A stretch of DNA of 35,002 nt, taken from UHGV virus genome UHGV-0140552; one strand, written 5' to 3'. This stretch comes from a virus. Within the stretch, counting starts at the first letter, position 1. Each line of letters opens with the position of its first letter. Below, in pieces: positions 22,838-33,543 of the stretch. The notes under the pieces were generated by a model. That model saw only the letters and a program-made list of their open reading frames with translations. It made no database searches and had not been told where the DNA came from. Made by a program: the position numbers and the translations under genes.

Positions 22838-25552
22838 GTGAGAATTCCAACGGGTAATTTTGGTAATGTGACACCGCAGGCACAGCAGACGCGTGTCGCT
22901 GTTAGCAATGTAGGCACTATAGGCAATGCGGTGTCTGGTTTTGGGACCGCTACAGGGCAGGTAGCAGAACAAGTACAGCATGAGCAGGATAAAGCCGATG
23001 TGGCAGCCACGCAGGCGATTCTGACTGATCTGGAAGCTAAATCTAATGACCGCTGGGAAAACCCGGAGACGGGCGCCACGGTCACTCGTCAGGGCTTTAA
23101 ATCGTCCGGTGTGGTAACCGATATGGATAAGGCCGACGCTGGCGATTACGAGGAAGCGCGGAAGCGCGTACCGCCCAACCAGTTAAACTATTTTGATGCG
23201 CAGTGGAAAGCAGGGCAGGTACGCCGGACAAGTACCTACAGCGGTTTCGAGCGTGCACAGACGGATGAGGCCCAGCGGCAGCAGCTTAATGCGACGGTGA
23301 CCACTTCCGTCGAACAAGAGGCCAGCGCATACGATAATCCGATGCAGGCAGGGCTGATACGTAGCGCCCGTAAACACTCGATCGAGATGTATGGCCAGGC
23401 GCGTGGCTGGCCGCAGGAGCGCATCGACGCGGCGGTATCAGAAGCGAACCAAAAAGCGCTGGAGCAGCGCGCGCAGAACTACGCGGTAACCAATCCCACT
23501 GGCTGGCTGAATGGCGATTTTACGTTGATTAACAGCAGCACCGGCGAACTCGATATGCGCGCCGTTGGCCTGGTGGAGTCCGGTGGTAAGCACCGCAATG
23601 CGGATGGTAGTCTTGTTACATCGCCCGCTGGCGCGCAGGGTGAATTTCAGTTGATGCCGGACACAGGGAAAGAACTGGCGGCTAAACGTGGCGTGGAATA
23701 CAACCCGGACGATCCTGTGCAGCATGCGCAGCTGGCGCGTGATTATGCCGGGCAGCTCAGTAAAAAATACCAGTCAGAACCACTGGCCGGGGCCGCGTAT
23801 AACTGGGGGATGGGTAACGTCGATAAACTGATCGCCAAAGTGGGCGACCCGCGCAAAGGCGAAATCTCGATGGCGGATTTCGTTAAGCAGCTGCCCGCAG
23901 AAACGCGCGGTTGGTTGTCCCGTTACAACAAAAATAAAACCGGTCTCGACCCGGTAGCAGTAAACAAAATCGACAATATCGCCGAAGCGCAGATCCGGCA
24001 GCAGCGTACGGCGCTGCGCCAGCAGATTGACCCGATTCTCAATAATACAATGGCGCAGCTGTATAACGGCGAGGTGCCGGATGCTATGCCGAACGCCTCC
24101 ACCATTTTGTTTGCGTATGGTGAGCAGGGGCAAACAGCGGTCAAGCAGCTGGATATCGCGATTGATAACGCCAGAACCTTCCAGGCTATTCAGTACGCCA
24201 CCCCGGCAGAACAGCAGGCCGAACTGGCGAAGGTGAAGCCGCAGGCAAACGATCCCGATTTTGCGCTAAAACTTGATGCACACGGCAAACTTAGCGCGCT
24301 GGTGCAGAAGAGCAACGCCAATATTCAGGCGCAGCGCGACTCCGCCCGCTTTAACGATGCGCTGCTCTCCGGCGAGAAACTCGACCCGAGCAATAAATCT
24401 ATGCAGAGGGCGGCGGACAATACGCCATCGGCGCTTAACTTCCGCATTAACGACGCCACCACTCACGACGCCATCGTGCAGCAGGTTAACCAGACCGGCA
24501 TTATCCCATCGCAAGTTACATCGCAACTGAATGCGATCGCCCGTTCCAGCAGCCCCGGCGTGGTTAAGCAGGGCTCGACATTATTTAACGCGCTGTACGA
24601 AACAGATCCTGCCTCTGTGGGCGATATGCCAAAGGACATGCAAAGCTTTTACCTGACCGTTAAACAACTTACCGATTCCGGCATGGCGTCAGACGAAGCA
24701 GTGAAGCAGGCGCAGAACGTTACCTATAACCAGACTGATGCCCTTAAATCACAATTGTCTTCTACGCAGAGCACGAAGGAATACAAAAAAGAGCGTGCCA
24801 GCGCGATGGATTCCGCAGTCAGTAGCATGAAACCGTGGTACAGCTTTGGCGGTCCTGCAGCAGATGACCAGAATCTTAACGCCGTCAATTTCCGTAACGA
24901 CTACCAGTCGCTTTATGACATCAATTATCGCAACTCGGGTGGTAATGCCGATGTTGCCAAAAAGATGACCAATACCCAGATCGCGCGTACCTGGAGTCTT
25001 AGCGATGTGAACGGCAGCGCCCAGTTTATGAAATACGCGCCTGAAGCACTTTATAACTACGGGCCTTCTGGTTGGCAGGCTGCGCAGTGGAAAGAAGAGA
25101 AAGAGCGTCTGACCTATGGCGAACGTGGAGAAAAATTTGAAACCAGCCCGACCCAACTGGGTATTACATCAGGTTCAGCGCCCGTTATTACATCAAATAC
25201 ACCTGAATCCCAAATCGGTGGTGAACTGGAAATTACCCCTGACGTTTTAACCACGCGTAACGGTGACTACGCCATTATGGTTCGCATGAAAGATAAAGAT
25301 GGTAACGAGAGCGTACAGCCATATTACGATAAATTCAGGCGTCCGATGCGCTGGAAACCGTCGCTGGAAGACTGGGAACCGTATAAAAAAATGCAGCAGG
25401 AGCGGGAACAGCAAGGCGAAGAGGAATTATCACGCGGGAAAGATATTCGAGGCTTTAAGGAAAAACACCGAGCGCTCGATGAGCAATATCAGCGTTTGCA
25501 CGATGACCGTATGAACCGGGTTAAAAACTACTTTTCATGGAGCAATGAATAA
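22838..25552 (+). CDS. Internal virion (ejection) protein with lytic transglycosylase (SLT) domain (904 aa), GTG start
   Basis: SLT motifs ES...GAQGEFQLMP...AYNWGMGN around residues 250-330. Large size and position in the internal-core block. Confidence 0.75.
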   Translation: MRIPTGNFGNVTPQAQQTRVAVSNVGTIGNAVSGFGTATGQVAEQVQHEQDKADVAATQAILTDLEAKSNDRWENPETGATVTRQGFKSSGVVTDMDKADAGDYEEARKRVPPNQLNYFDAQWKAGQVRRTSTYSGFERAQTDEAQRQQLNATVTTSVEQEASAYDNPMQAGLIRSARKHSIEMYGQARGWPQERIDAAVSEANQKALEQRAQNYAVTNPTGWLNGDFTLINSSTGELDMRAVGLVESGGKHRNADGSLVTSPAGAQGEFQLMPDTGKELAAKRGVEYNPDDPVQHAQLARDYAGQLSKKYQSEPLAGAAYNWGMGNVDKLIAKVGDPRKGEISMADFVKQLPAETRGWLSRYNKNKTGLDPVAVNKIDNIAEAQIRQQRTALRQQIDPILNNTMAQLYNGEVPDAMPNASTILFAYGEQGQTAVKQLDIAIDNARTFQAIQYATPAEQQAELAKVKPQANDPDFALKLDAHGKLSALVQKSNANIQAQRDSARFNDALLSGEKLDPSNKSMQRAADNTPSALNFRINDATTHDAIVQQVNQTGIIPSQVTSQLNAIARSSSPGVVKQGSTLFNALYETDPASVGDMPKDMQSFYLTVKQLTDSGMASDEAVKQAQNVTYNQTDALKSQLSSTQSTKEYKKERASAMDSAVSSMKPWYSFGGPAADDQNLNAVNFRNDYQSLYDINYRNSGGNADVAKKMTNTQIARTWSLSDVNGSAQFMKYAPEALYNYGPSGWQAAQWKEEKERLTYGERGEKFETSPTQLGITSGSAPVITSNTPESQIGGELEITPDVLTTRNGDYAIMVRMKDKDGNESVQPYYDKFRRPMRWKPSLEDWEPYKKMQQEREQQGEEELSRGKDIRGFKEKHRALDEQYQRLHDDRMNRVKNYFSWSNE

Positions 25553-28446
25553 TGCCGATCTATCCGCAATCTGATGTTCCACCGAGCGTAATGGATAATG
25601 CTCTTCAGGCGCCAACTGGTTTTGATGTCTCTCTGCCTGAAGGAACTAACCCGGAGCCGCTGCAACAGCAACCGTCTGTATGGGATGCCGCTTTTCGTCA
25701 GAATAACCTGCTGGCCGGAGTGTTCCGCCCGGCTAAACAGTTCGAGACAGCGGAGGGGTATAACCCTTATTCTGATAAAAACGAACTAAAGGGGTACGAA
25801 CAATGGGGATCTGCCTTCGCTGATTCAAAATCCCCAGAGGAAACCGCCTGGATTAAAAACCAGATTGATGAAGAAAATGAAGATAGGCGCGTTACTGCTG
25901 AGGCAGGATGGGGCGGAACTTTAGCGAATATTGCGTCTGGCATGCTTGACCCTATCACAGTAGCATCAATGTTTATTCCCGGTGCGCAGGGAAGCCTGGC
26001 TGCGCGTATTGGTTCTCAGGTTGCTATTGGCGCCGCCGGTACCGCACTTAGCGAGGTAGCGCTCAATAACGAGCAGTACACCAGAACCGCCAGGGAGAGC
26101 GCAGCACACATCACAGCCGGCGCACTTCTAAGCGGTGTATTCGCCACTGCTGGCGCGATGATCACTCCAGCGGTAAGAAACGCGGCCACGCGTGAAGTGG
26201 CAGAGGCGCTCGATAATATGAACGTCTCGCCAACGATTAACAACGCAGCAGACGCCCTGGCGGATACTTTACCGAACGGTGGCAGCGTCGGCGCCATGCG
26301 TATTCGCGAAGCTACACTGGAAGACCTCACGCCGGTGTCTGGCGGCCCGCTTGGCAAGCTGGCTAAAAAAGCCGGTAGCTATCTCACGCCGATCACCCGA
26401 CTGATGGAATCCCCGTCAAAAGAAGCGCGCCGGACAGCGCTGGAGCTAGCGGAGAATAACTTCACGCTGGAAGGAAACCTGCGCGGTATCGAAACTCCGG
26501 TAGCTGCCGAGACGCGCGTACGTGGTTGGCGCCGCGAAGAGGCGGCCGTCGTTACTGCGAATAAGCAGGCATACACTCAGTATAAAGCTGAAGGCGGCGA
26601 TCTGGGTCATACGGCTTTCCGTGAACAGGTCGGCGAGGCGCTGCGTAACGGCGACGTGCACGTTAATGCGAAAGTGCAGGAAGCAGCGCAGGCAATGCGC
26701 ACAGTCATTAACCGCGTGAAGACGGCACAGCAGGAGCTGGGTTTGCTTCCGCCGGATGCCGAACTGAAAGCGATGGGGCAGACCAGCTATTTCCCTCGCG
26801 TGTACAAGGTAGGGAAAATTGTTAGCGAGCGCGATAAATTCCGCAATATGCTGGTTGACTGGTGGTCACGTGGTGAAAAAACCATGTCCCGCGAAGATGC
26901 CGAAATCGCCGCCGATACCACGATTAACCGTATCGTCGGGGCCAAAATTCCGCAGGAGTTCGCCAACGTCTTCATGGTGAAAGCACCAGGTAGCACCAAA
27001 TCGCGAACGTTGAGCGTCCCCGATCGCCTGATGAAAGATTATCTGGAGAGTGATGCAAATTACGTCCTGCAGCGTCATATCCGCGAAGCCTCAGCGGAGA
27101 TCGAATTAACCCGTACGTTCGGCAACAAGTCGCTGGATTCGCAGCTCGCCGCCATCCAGGACGAATACGACGCGCTGATGCGTTTACGCCCAGCAGAACA
27201 GGAAAAGCTGGCGAAGGCGCGCGAAGCCGACCTGCGCGATATTCTGGCGCTTCGCGATCGCCTCGTCGGTACCTACGGTATGCCGGATGACCCATCATCA
27301 TTTTTCGTTCGCGCTGGTGCTTTCCTGCGTAGCGCCAACTTTGTAACGAAACTCGGCGGCATGACGGTATCCGCTATCCCGGATCTGGCGCGCGGCATGA
27401 TGGTTAACGGCTTCAGCAATACCATGCGTGGATATGGCGCACTGATCACCCGCTCTCCGGCTTATCTCGCCAGCCGGGCGGAGCAGAAGAAAATGGCCGT
27501 TGGGCTGGAAACCATACTGCATACCCGCGCGCGTACTATGGGGGATCTGGTCGATAGCTCTTCTCGTACGACAGCTGCAGAAGCTGGCATGGAACGTATT
27601 ACTGATGTGTTCGGCAAGTTGACCATGATGGGCCACTTTGACGATATGAACAAATCGGTGAATGGCATGATCACGTCCGACGGTATTCTGTCCGGCGCGT
27701 TCCCTGCGAAGCGCCTGGCAAAACTCGGCATCAACGAGAATATGGCCGAACGCATCCAGCGAGAATTTCAGAGGCACGGTGAAGTTATTCAGGGCTGGCA
27801 TATCGGCAATTTCGAAAAATGGGATGACCAGTACGCCGCTGGACTTCTGCAATCTGCTGTGCTCAAGGATGTAAACAATACCGTTATCACGCCGGGTATC
27901 GGTGACACGCCGTTGTGGGCCAGCACCCCGTTGGGAAAAACCGTATTCCAGTTTAAGTCTTTTGCTACGGCATCCTATAACCGCGCGACGCTCGGCGGCC
28001 TGCAGGAAGGTACCGCGCAGTTCTATTACGGTACCGCCTTCCAGATTGGCCTTGGTTCACTGACCTATGCGCTTAAGCAGGCGGCCAACGGCCGGGAGGT
28101 TGATTTGACTCCGCAGAAAATGGTAATCGAGGGCATCGACCGCTCTGGTATTCTCGGCCCGCTGATGGAATACAACAACATGGCGGAAAAGGCATCCGGT
28201 GGGATGATAGGGCTCGGGCCATTGCTCGGTACCGGTACGCAGTCCCGTTACGCCAGCCGTGGCTTTATCGGTTCTGCGCTAGGGCCAACCTTCGGCCTGC
28301 TGGATACCGTTACTGATGTGACCGCCGGCGTGCTTAACGGCGATGCCGGCGATCGTGTTTTGCATAGTGTGCGTACGTTACTGCCGGGTAATAACCTGTT
28401 CTGGATTGCCCCACTGCTTAATCAGGTTGATCCGGGAATGCGATAG
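25552..28446 (+). CDS. Large internal virion / ejection protein (964 aa)
   Basis: Size and position (TAATG coupling to the previous gene), as for T7 gp15/gp16-like core proteins. Confidence 0.6.
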   Translation: MPIYPQSDVPPSVMDNALQAPTGFDVSLPEGTNPEPLQQQPSVWDAAFRQNNLLAGVFRPAKQFETAEGYNPYSDKNELKGYEQWGSAFADSKSPEETAWIKNQIDEENEDRRVTAEAGWGGTLANIASGMLDPITVASMFIPGAQGSLAARIGSQVAIGAAGTALSEVALNNEQYTRTARESAAHITAGALLSGVFATAGAMITPAVRNAATREVAEALDNMNVSPTINNAADALADTLPNGGSVGAMRIREATLEDLTPVSGGPLGKLAKKAGSYLTPITRLMESPSKEARRTALELAENNFTLEGNLRGIETPVAAETRVRGWRREEAAVVTANKQAYTQYKAEGGDLGHTAFREQVGEALRNGDVHVNAKVQEAAQAMRTVINRVKTAQQELGLLPPDAELKAMGQTSYFPRVYKVGKIVSERDKFRNMLVDWWSRGEKTMSREDAEIAADTTINRIVGAKIPQEFANVFMVKAPGSTKSRTLSVPDRLMKDYLESDANYVLQRHIREASAEIELTRTFGNKSLDSQLAAIQDEYDALMRLRPAEQEKLAKAREADLRDILALRDRLVGTYGMPDDPSSFFVRAGAFLRSANFVTKLGGMTVSAIPDLARGMMVNGFSNTMRGYGALITRSPAYLASRAEQKKMAVGLETILHTRARTMGDLVDSSSRTTAAEAGMERITDVFGKLTMMGHFDDMNKSVNGMITSDGILSGAFPAKRLAKLGINENMAERIQREFQRHGEVIQGWHIGNFEKWDDQYAAGLLQSAVLKDVNNTVITPGIGDTPLWASTPLGKTVFQFKSFATASYNRATLGGLQEGTAQFYYGTAFQIGLGSLTYALKQAANGREVDLTPQKMVIEGIDRSGILGPLMEYNNMAEKASGGMIGLGPLLGTGTQSRYASRGFIGSALGPTFGLLDTVTDVTAGVLNGDAGDRVLHSVRTLLPGNNLFWIAPLLNQVDPGMR

Positions 28447-28449
28447 CTA

Positions 28450-28968
28450 TTACGACTTACATGATTCGGGGGAAACCCCAAACCCAAACATGAGGGTTTT
28501 CCCTGAATCACTGTAGTAATTGATCATTATTTTTTTATTTTCTTTTCGGGTTTCGTAGAATAGCCGCTCTTGAGATGACACTGGGTAAAATCCATCTGGT
28601 GCACAATACAAATCCCTTAAATTTTTCAATGTTGAATTTTTAGCGTCTTCTGATGTAAATTTTATAAAATCGTCTGTGTAAACATTGGCATTGTAACTAG
28701 ATATGGTTTTACTTCCTTCCACATAGTGAGTATTAGTTTCACTAAAATCTGCGTTTTCTTTATAGGTTCGCAAGTGTAATACCGATACATGGATCTCAAT
28801 TTTTTTACCAGTGTCGATACCGTTAATGACCGTATAGTCGGTATATGGATTGGTAATCTGTATTCCTGGTCCGGATATAGGAACGATATATTTAGAGTCA
28901 TCAACTAAATCGGTTGATGCGAATGCTGCAAAGTGAAAGATTAGCAACAATGGAATTAATATCTTCAT
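28450..28968 (-). CDS. Moron: secreted/periplasmic protein with signal peptide (172 aa)
   Basis: AT-rich island, opposite strand. N-terminal signal peptide MKILIPLLLIFHFAAFA|STD. AAGGAG Shine-Dalgarno. Confidence 0.7.
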   Translation of the reverse strand: MKILIPLLLIFHFAAFASTDLVDDSKYIVPISGPGIQITNPYTDYTVINGIDTGKKIEIHVSVLHLRTYKENADFSETNTHYVEGSKTISSYNANVYTDDFIKFTSEDAKNSTLKNLRDLYCAPDGFYPVSSQERLFYETRKENKKIMINYYSDSGKTLMFGFGVSPESCKS

Positions 28969-28987
28969 TCTATTTACTCCTTGTGAT

Positions 28988-29003
28988 AGTCAGGATTCCG
29001 ACC
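28988..29003. repeat. Hairpin motif variant AGTCAG-GATT-CCGACC (copy 2 of 4), upstream of the terminase genes
   Basis: Read from sequence; shares the GATTC core and flanking arms with the other three copies. Confidence 0.7.
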
Positions 29004-29050
29004 TCAAAAAGAATACATCATAGCTCTATGGATAACCACGGGGCTTTTTT

Positions 29051-29392
29051 ATGCATTCAGATTACAAAACTCGCCTTACTGCTCTTAGCGATAAGCTCAC
29101 CGATGTAGTTCTGGAAGAAGCCGATCCGGACAACTGGCCGGGGGCAGGGAAGGAAATCACAAAGCACACTAAACAGGAACGCGGTGATCGGTACTGGCAT
29201 AAGAAGAACGCGGCCGCATCGCTGACGCTGCTGGTAAAAGTCCATTCGCTGATTGGCATGCATACGCGCGGGGGGACGCCTAAACCCGGCGAGGATCCGG
29301 ACGATGAAGCATTCCGCCTGGGGCAACAGGTATCTGCGGCTGAACGGGCAGCACAGGAAGTTATCGAACGCATACAACAGCGGAAAAAATGA
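29051..29392 (+). CDS. Putative terminase small subunit (113 aa)
   Basis: Small protein translationally coupled (ATGA) to the large terminase gene. Assigned by position. Confidence 0.45.
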   Translation: MHSDYKTRLTALSDKLTDVVLEEADPDNWPGAGKEITKHTKQERGDRYWHKKNAAASLTLLVKVHSLIGMHTRGGTPKPGEDPDDEAFRLGQQVSAAERAAQEVIERIQQRKK

Positions 29393-30999
29393 TTTCATTC
29401 GTCGCCTTTTTCATCATATGGGCGGAGCGGATGGGGTGGGAGGTTCCCGACTGCCATTATCGAGCCTGCCACTGGTTGGAACACCGCGGGGATCTCGCGG
29501 TGCTTCGCTGTTTTCGTGGCTTTGGTAAATCTACCATTCTGGCGGTGTATAACGCATGGCGATATTACCAGAACCGCCAGTACCGCATTCTTCACCAGTC
29601 TGAAGCTGACGGCACCGCGTACAAAACCAGCCGCGATACGCAGAACGTTTTACGCAATCACCCACTGACCAAAGGCATGCTACCGGACGGACAGGGAACC
29701 GTTGAACAGTGGTGGGTTAACGGCTCTCTGGATATGCGTAACGGCAGCATGTACGCAAAGGGGATCCTCTCTAACGTTACCTCGGCCCGCGCTGATGAAT
29801 GCCAGAACGATGACGTAGAAGTACCCCGCAATATCCAGACGCCAGAGGCGCGGGAAAAGCTGCGTTATCGTCTCGGTGAACAGACACACATTCTTGTCCC
29901 CGGCGGGCGAAAGCTGTTTATCGGCACGCCGCATACCCACGATAGCCTTTACGATGAGGTTGAATCTATGGGCGCCGACTGTCTGACCATCAAACTATTC
30001 GGTAAAGAATTTAGAATCGAGGAAAAACAGGCCACCGCGAGCCGTTACTCGTTACCGTTCCGGCCGGAATATGTTTTCGTCGGTATTCACATTGGCGCGC
30101 GACTGCTCGTTGAAGGTGTTGATTATCGTCTTAACGATGACGGTATCGAGTTTGCCGAGGCTCCCGGCACCACGGTTGACTGTTACGCCGATTGTGAATG
30201 GCCAGAAAGGTTCACTCCGGAGGAAATGACAAAGCGCCGTCGCGAGACTCGCACAATTAACGAATGGGACAGCCAGTACCAGCTGCACAGTAAACCGGTT
30301 GGCGAGGTTCGTCTCGATCCCGACCGCATACGCGAATACAACGTACAGCCTGAAATCCGGTACGCGAACCGCTCCTGCTCGATGTGGCTTGGCCAGACGC
30401 AAATTGTTGGTGCTGTTGCCTGGTGGGATGTGGCCACCGGCAAAGTTAAGGCCGACGCCTCGGCGTTCTCTCTGATTTTCACCGACGCACGCGGGCATCT
30501 GTACTGGCATGTTTGCCAGGGGCTTACGGGCGAACTGGCGGAATTCGACGACAACGACAAAATCACCGGCGGTCAGGTGATGCAGATTAAAGAGCTGGTG
30601 CTTAAATACCAGATCCCGCTGGTCTGCGTCGAGGTGAACGGCCCGGGCAGCTTTGCCGGGAAATTGCTGATTCAGGCACTAAAGGGTACCGGCTGCGGCG
30701 TACGGGAAGAATTCAGCGTGACCAATAAACAAAAGCGCATCCTCGATGCATTCGAAGCGCCGCTGTCGTCGCGCTTCCTCTGGGCGCATACCGACGTGCT
30801 CGACGGCCCAATGTATGACCAGATGCGCGACTTTAACCCGGCGCTGACTAATCAGCCAGATGACTTTATCGACTCTGGCTCTGGCGCAATCAGCTCAACA
30901 CCAGTGCGCATTGGTAAATTGGTCGGGATTCCGACCGCACAGGCGCGGGAACATTGGCAACCAAATGATGGCGATCACATGGTCGCCGTAGATTACTAG
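29389..30999 (+). CDS. Terminase large subunit (536 aa)
   Basis: Walker A-like FRGFGKST near the N-terminus, size, and coupling to the small-subunit gene. Confidence 0.75.
   Translation: MISFVAFFIIWAERMGWEVPDCHYRACHWLEHRGDLAVLRCFRGFGKSTILAVYNAWRYYQNRQYRILHQSEADGTAYKTSRDTQNVLRNHPLTKGMLPDGQGTVEQWWVNGSLDMRNGSMYAKGILSNVTSARADECQNDDVEVPRNIQTPEAREKLRYRLGEQTHILVPGGRKLFIGTPHTHDSLYDEVESMGADCLTIKLFGKEFRIEEKQATASRYSLPFRPEYVFVGIHIGARLLVEGVDYRLNDDGIEFAEAPGTTVDCYADCEWPERFTPEEMTKRRRETRTINEWDSQYQLHSKPVGEVRLDPDRIREYNVQPEIRYANRSCSMWLGQTQIVGAVAWWDVATGKVKADASAFSLIFTDARGHLYWHVCQGLTGELAEFDDNDKITGGQVMQIKELVLKYQIPLVCVEVNGPGSFAGKLLIQALKGTGCGVREEFSVTNKQKRILDAFEAPLSSRFLWAHTDVLDGPMYDQMRDFNPALTNQPDDFIDSGSGAISSTPVRIGKLVGIPTAQAREHWQPNDGDHMVAVDY
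30921..30936. repeat. Hairpin motif GGTCGG-GATT-CCGACC (copy 3 of 4), inside the 3' end of the terminase gene, upstream of the tail fibre gene
   Basis: Exact copy of the 18203-18218 hairpin and its 20-nt context. Confidence 0.8.
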
Positions 31000-31016
31000 C
31001 CGCCGGAGTTCCTCGT

Positions 31017-33536
31017 ATGTCGGTACCGAACCAGACACCCTATAACATCTATACCGCCAACGGGCTGACGACTGTCTTTGCCTATGAGTTTTACCTGATC
31101 AGCGCCAGCGATATTCAGGTCACAATCAACGGCAACGAAGTAACGTCCGGCTATACAGTGTCTGGTGTGGGTAATACTGGCGGTGGCGAAGTTACTTTTC
31201 TGACCGCGCCGGCCAATGGCGCTACAGTCATTTTTGAACGTGTAACGCCGACTTACAGGCTCACTGATTACCAGGACAACGGCGACCTGCTGGCCGATAC
31301 AGTTAACAAAGATTTTGACCGTCTCTGGATGGCTACTCAGCGCGCGTTTATTTATCTCGGAGTGGCCCTAAGTCGCCCGCTGTTCGGCGGTGGACCTTTC
31401 AACGCTAACGGCTACCGGATAGCAAATCTGGCCGATCCAGTTAACGATCAGGATGCAGCTACTAAAAAATTTGTAATTGAAAATGGAAAAATTAATCTAG
31501 CTCGTACTCTACGCGTTCCGGAGTCTAGCATCACACCGTTACCTTCCATTGCAGAACGAAAAAATAAAATCGTTGCAATGGATAATAATGGCAATCCATT
31601 GATGGTATTGCCTTCGAGTGGAAGTGCAGCAGATGTAATGATTGAGTATGCCAAACCGACAGGTAGCGGGCATATAGGGGTTCTTACTGGAGGCACCGTT
31701 GAAGATGCAATAAAATACGTAACCCCTGAAATGATAAGGATTAATGGTGAAAGATATATTCACGGCATCACTGCTGATGCAACTAAATTTCTACAGGCAG
31801 CTATAGATTACGGAAAAGCTAATAACCTTCCGGTATATTTAACTAAAATGTATCCGTGCATATCTTCACCGATAGAGTTTAATTTGCCATTCGACGATGG
31901 GACTGTATACCCAGGGTGGATAGGGAACGGTGATTCAAATATTGCTCCTGAAATACCAGTTAAGGCAAAAGCAGCACTGCGTGTTTATGATGATTCAATG
32001 ATTGTTGGTGAAAACCAACACAATTGTGGGATTATTGGTAATTTTTCAAAAACTGCGGGACCATGGGATCATACATCTTCCATGGGTCTATACATCGCAG
32101 GTGACAGCGGACCAGATCAATACATAAAGTATCACCTTTCTGATTTCAGGATTAGCGGATTCTTTATTGGGCAATGGGTAGACGGGACTGTAAACCGCTG
32201 TGTAGAAAATAATATGATGTACTCAGGGTGTGCCATTCCTGCTTGTTATCAAGGATCTGATTCTCTGGCGCAAACTGGGCTGACATTATATTGGTATAAT
32301 ATTACAGGCCCTGTTTTTGGCGGGCGCTGGCTAACGAGAAATCATGCATACGCGTCTCAGTACCTTCCGCCGTACCCGGCATCAGATATTCATCGGGCGG
32401 GATGGAATGATTCGTACCATGTAGACAAGTTTCATTATTATGGTGATACCGGCATGGACTGGACACATCCAGCATATGCCGCTCTTGACACTTGGTTTGA
32501 TACGTATGTTTTCAAGTCTGCAAACTGCTTGCCTACGGCCAGCGGTGGTCGGTTGTCAAATAATCAGCAGAATGGGGTTTACCCAGTTGATACCTATAGA
32601 GGTATAGCTGGGCGCGCAAGAACTATTATTTCACTTCCGGGAAGGGAGATATTGCATTGCAATATTGGTGAGGCTAAAGTGCTGTGGTCTCCAAGAACGC
32701 CATTCTACCACTCTGCTCAATTCGTTGACGGATTTAAATCATATGTTGGTAACAGTAAAATAAGGACTCTTATACTGGAAAGGGTAGGAATCATCAAGTA
32801 TGGCCTTGGTGATGTTGCTGGAAATAGATTTAATGTTAATAATGTTGATCCCTACGAACCATCTCTTTCAACATTTCCAGCGATGGCAACAAGAGGAAAT
32901 ATTTTCGCCCTTGATATTGTAAAAGGTGGCGCGGTTCAGGCTGCCCCAGTTAATGAATTTAACGGCACAAGAATCGGTGCCGGTGAGAATATAGTTGCTC
33001 AAAGAAAGCTTGGAGATAATTCAAACTATCGTCTTTTCGGTCTTCAGGAGTTAAACGGAACAAATTTATCCGATAAGTATGTTTTTAATCGAAATGATGC
33101 CTATATGCCGCCAATAGCTTTTCCCGGTGGTAATGCTGCTCAGTTTAAGTATCTTTATGGCTCATTCACACCAACTATTACAATTGGCGGGGCAAGCGTA
33201 ACGCCATCATCCATTACTGGAATTTACCGTAGGTTTGGTGATGTTGTTCGTTGCGATATAAGAGTCAGATCAACCTCTTTACTGGTTAGTACTGCGGGAG
33301 CCATAGTCATTAGTGGTCTTCCTTTTACAGCCGCCTCAATACAGGAGGGTGGGTCTAAAGGAAGCATAATTCTAAGCACGGCTACAGGAGTTTTTGTTAT
33401 GCCGCTTGTTCCTGCAGGGACAAATCAAATGACGATTATAAAATCGTCAGCCCAAGAAATATATTCTCAAGCAGCTGGTACTTTTGATTTTACTCTCCAG
33501 TGTACTTTTGATTATGTTGTTCCTTTTAATTCATGA
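31017..33536 (+). CDS. Tail fibre / tailspike (839 aa) with T7-like N-terminal adaptor domain and an AT-rich distal receptor-binding region
   Basis: N-terminal segment NGYRIANLADPVNDQDAATKKFV parallels T7 gp17 (RGRRIVNLANAVDDRDAVPFGQL). GC content drops after about 31450. Confidence 0.8.
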   Translation: MSVPNQTPYNIYTANGLTTVFAYEFYLISASDIQVTINGNEVTSGYTVSGVGNTGGGEVTFLTAPANGATVIFERVTPTYRLTDYQDNGDLLADTVNKDFDRLWMATQRAFIYLGVALSRPLFGGGPFNANGYRIANLADPVNDQDAATKKFVIENGKINLARTLRVPESSITPLPSIAERKNKIVAMDNNGNPLMVLPSSGSAADVMIEYAKPTGSGHIGVLTGGTVEDAIKYVTPEMIRINGERYIHGITADATKFLQAAIDYGKANNLPVYLTKMYPCISSPIEFNLPFDDGTVYPGWIGNGDSNIAPEIPVKAKAALRVYDDSMIVGENQHNCGIIGNFSKTAGPWDHTSSMGLYIAGDSGPDQYIKYHLSDFRISGFFIGQWVDGTVNRCVENNMMYSGCAIPACYQGSDSLAQTGLTLYWYNITGPVFGGRWLTRNHAYASQYLPPYPASDIHRAGWNDSYHVDKFHYYGDTGMDWTHPAYAALDTWFDTYVFKSANCLPTASGGRLSNNQQNGVYPVDTYRGIAGRARTIISLPGREILHCNIGEAKVLWSPRTPFYHSAQFVDGFKSYVGNSKIRTLILERVGIIKYGLGDVAGNRFNVNNVDPYEPSLSTFPAMATRGNIFALDIVKGGAVQAAPVNEFNGTRIGAGENIVAQRKLGDNSNYRLFGLQELNGTNLSDKYVFNRNDAYMPPIAFPGGNAAQFKYLYGSFTPTITIGGASVTPSSITGIYRRFGDVVRCDIRVRSTSLLVSTAGAIVISGLPFTAASIQEGGSKGSIILSTATGVFVMPLVPAGTNQMTIIKSSAQEIYSQAAGTFDFTLQCTFDYVVPFNS

Positions 33537-33543
33537 GGCTAAT

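Noticed and set aside
27298-27852. 184-aa minus-strand ORF
   Set aside because: Antisense to the 964-aa internal virion protein gene. A shadow ORF.
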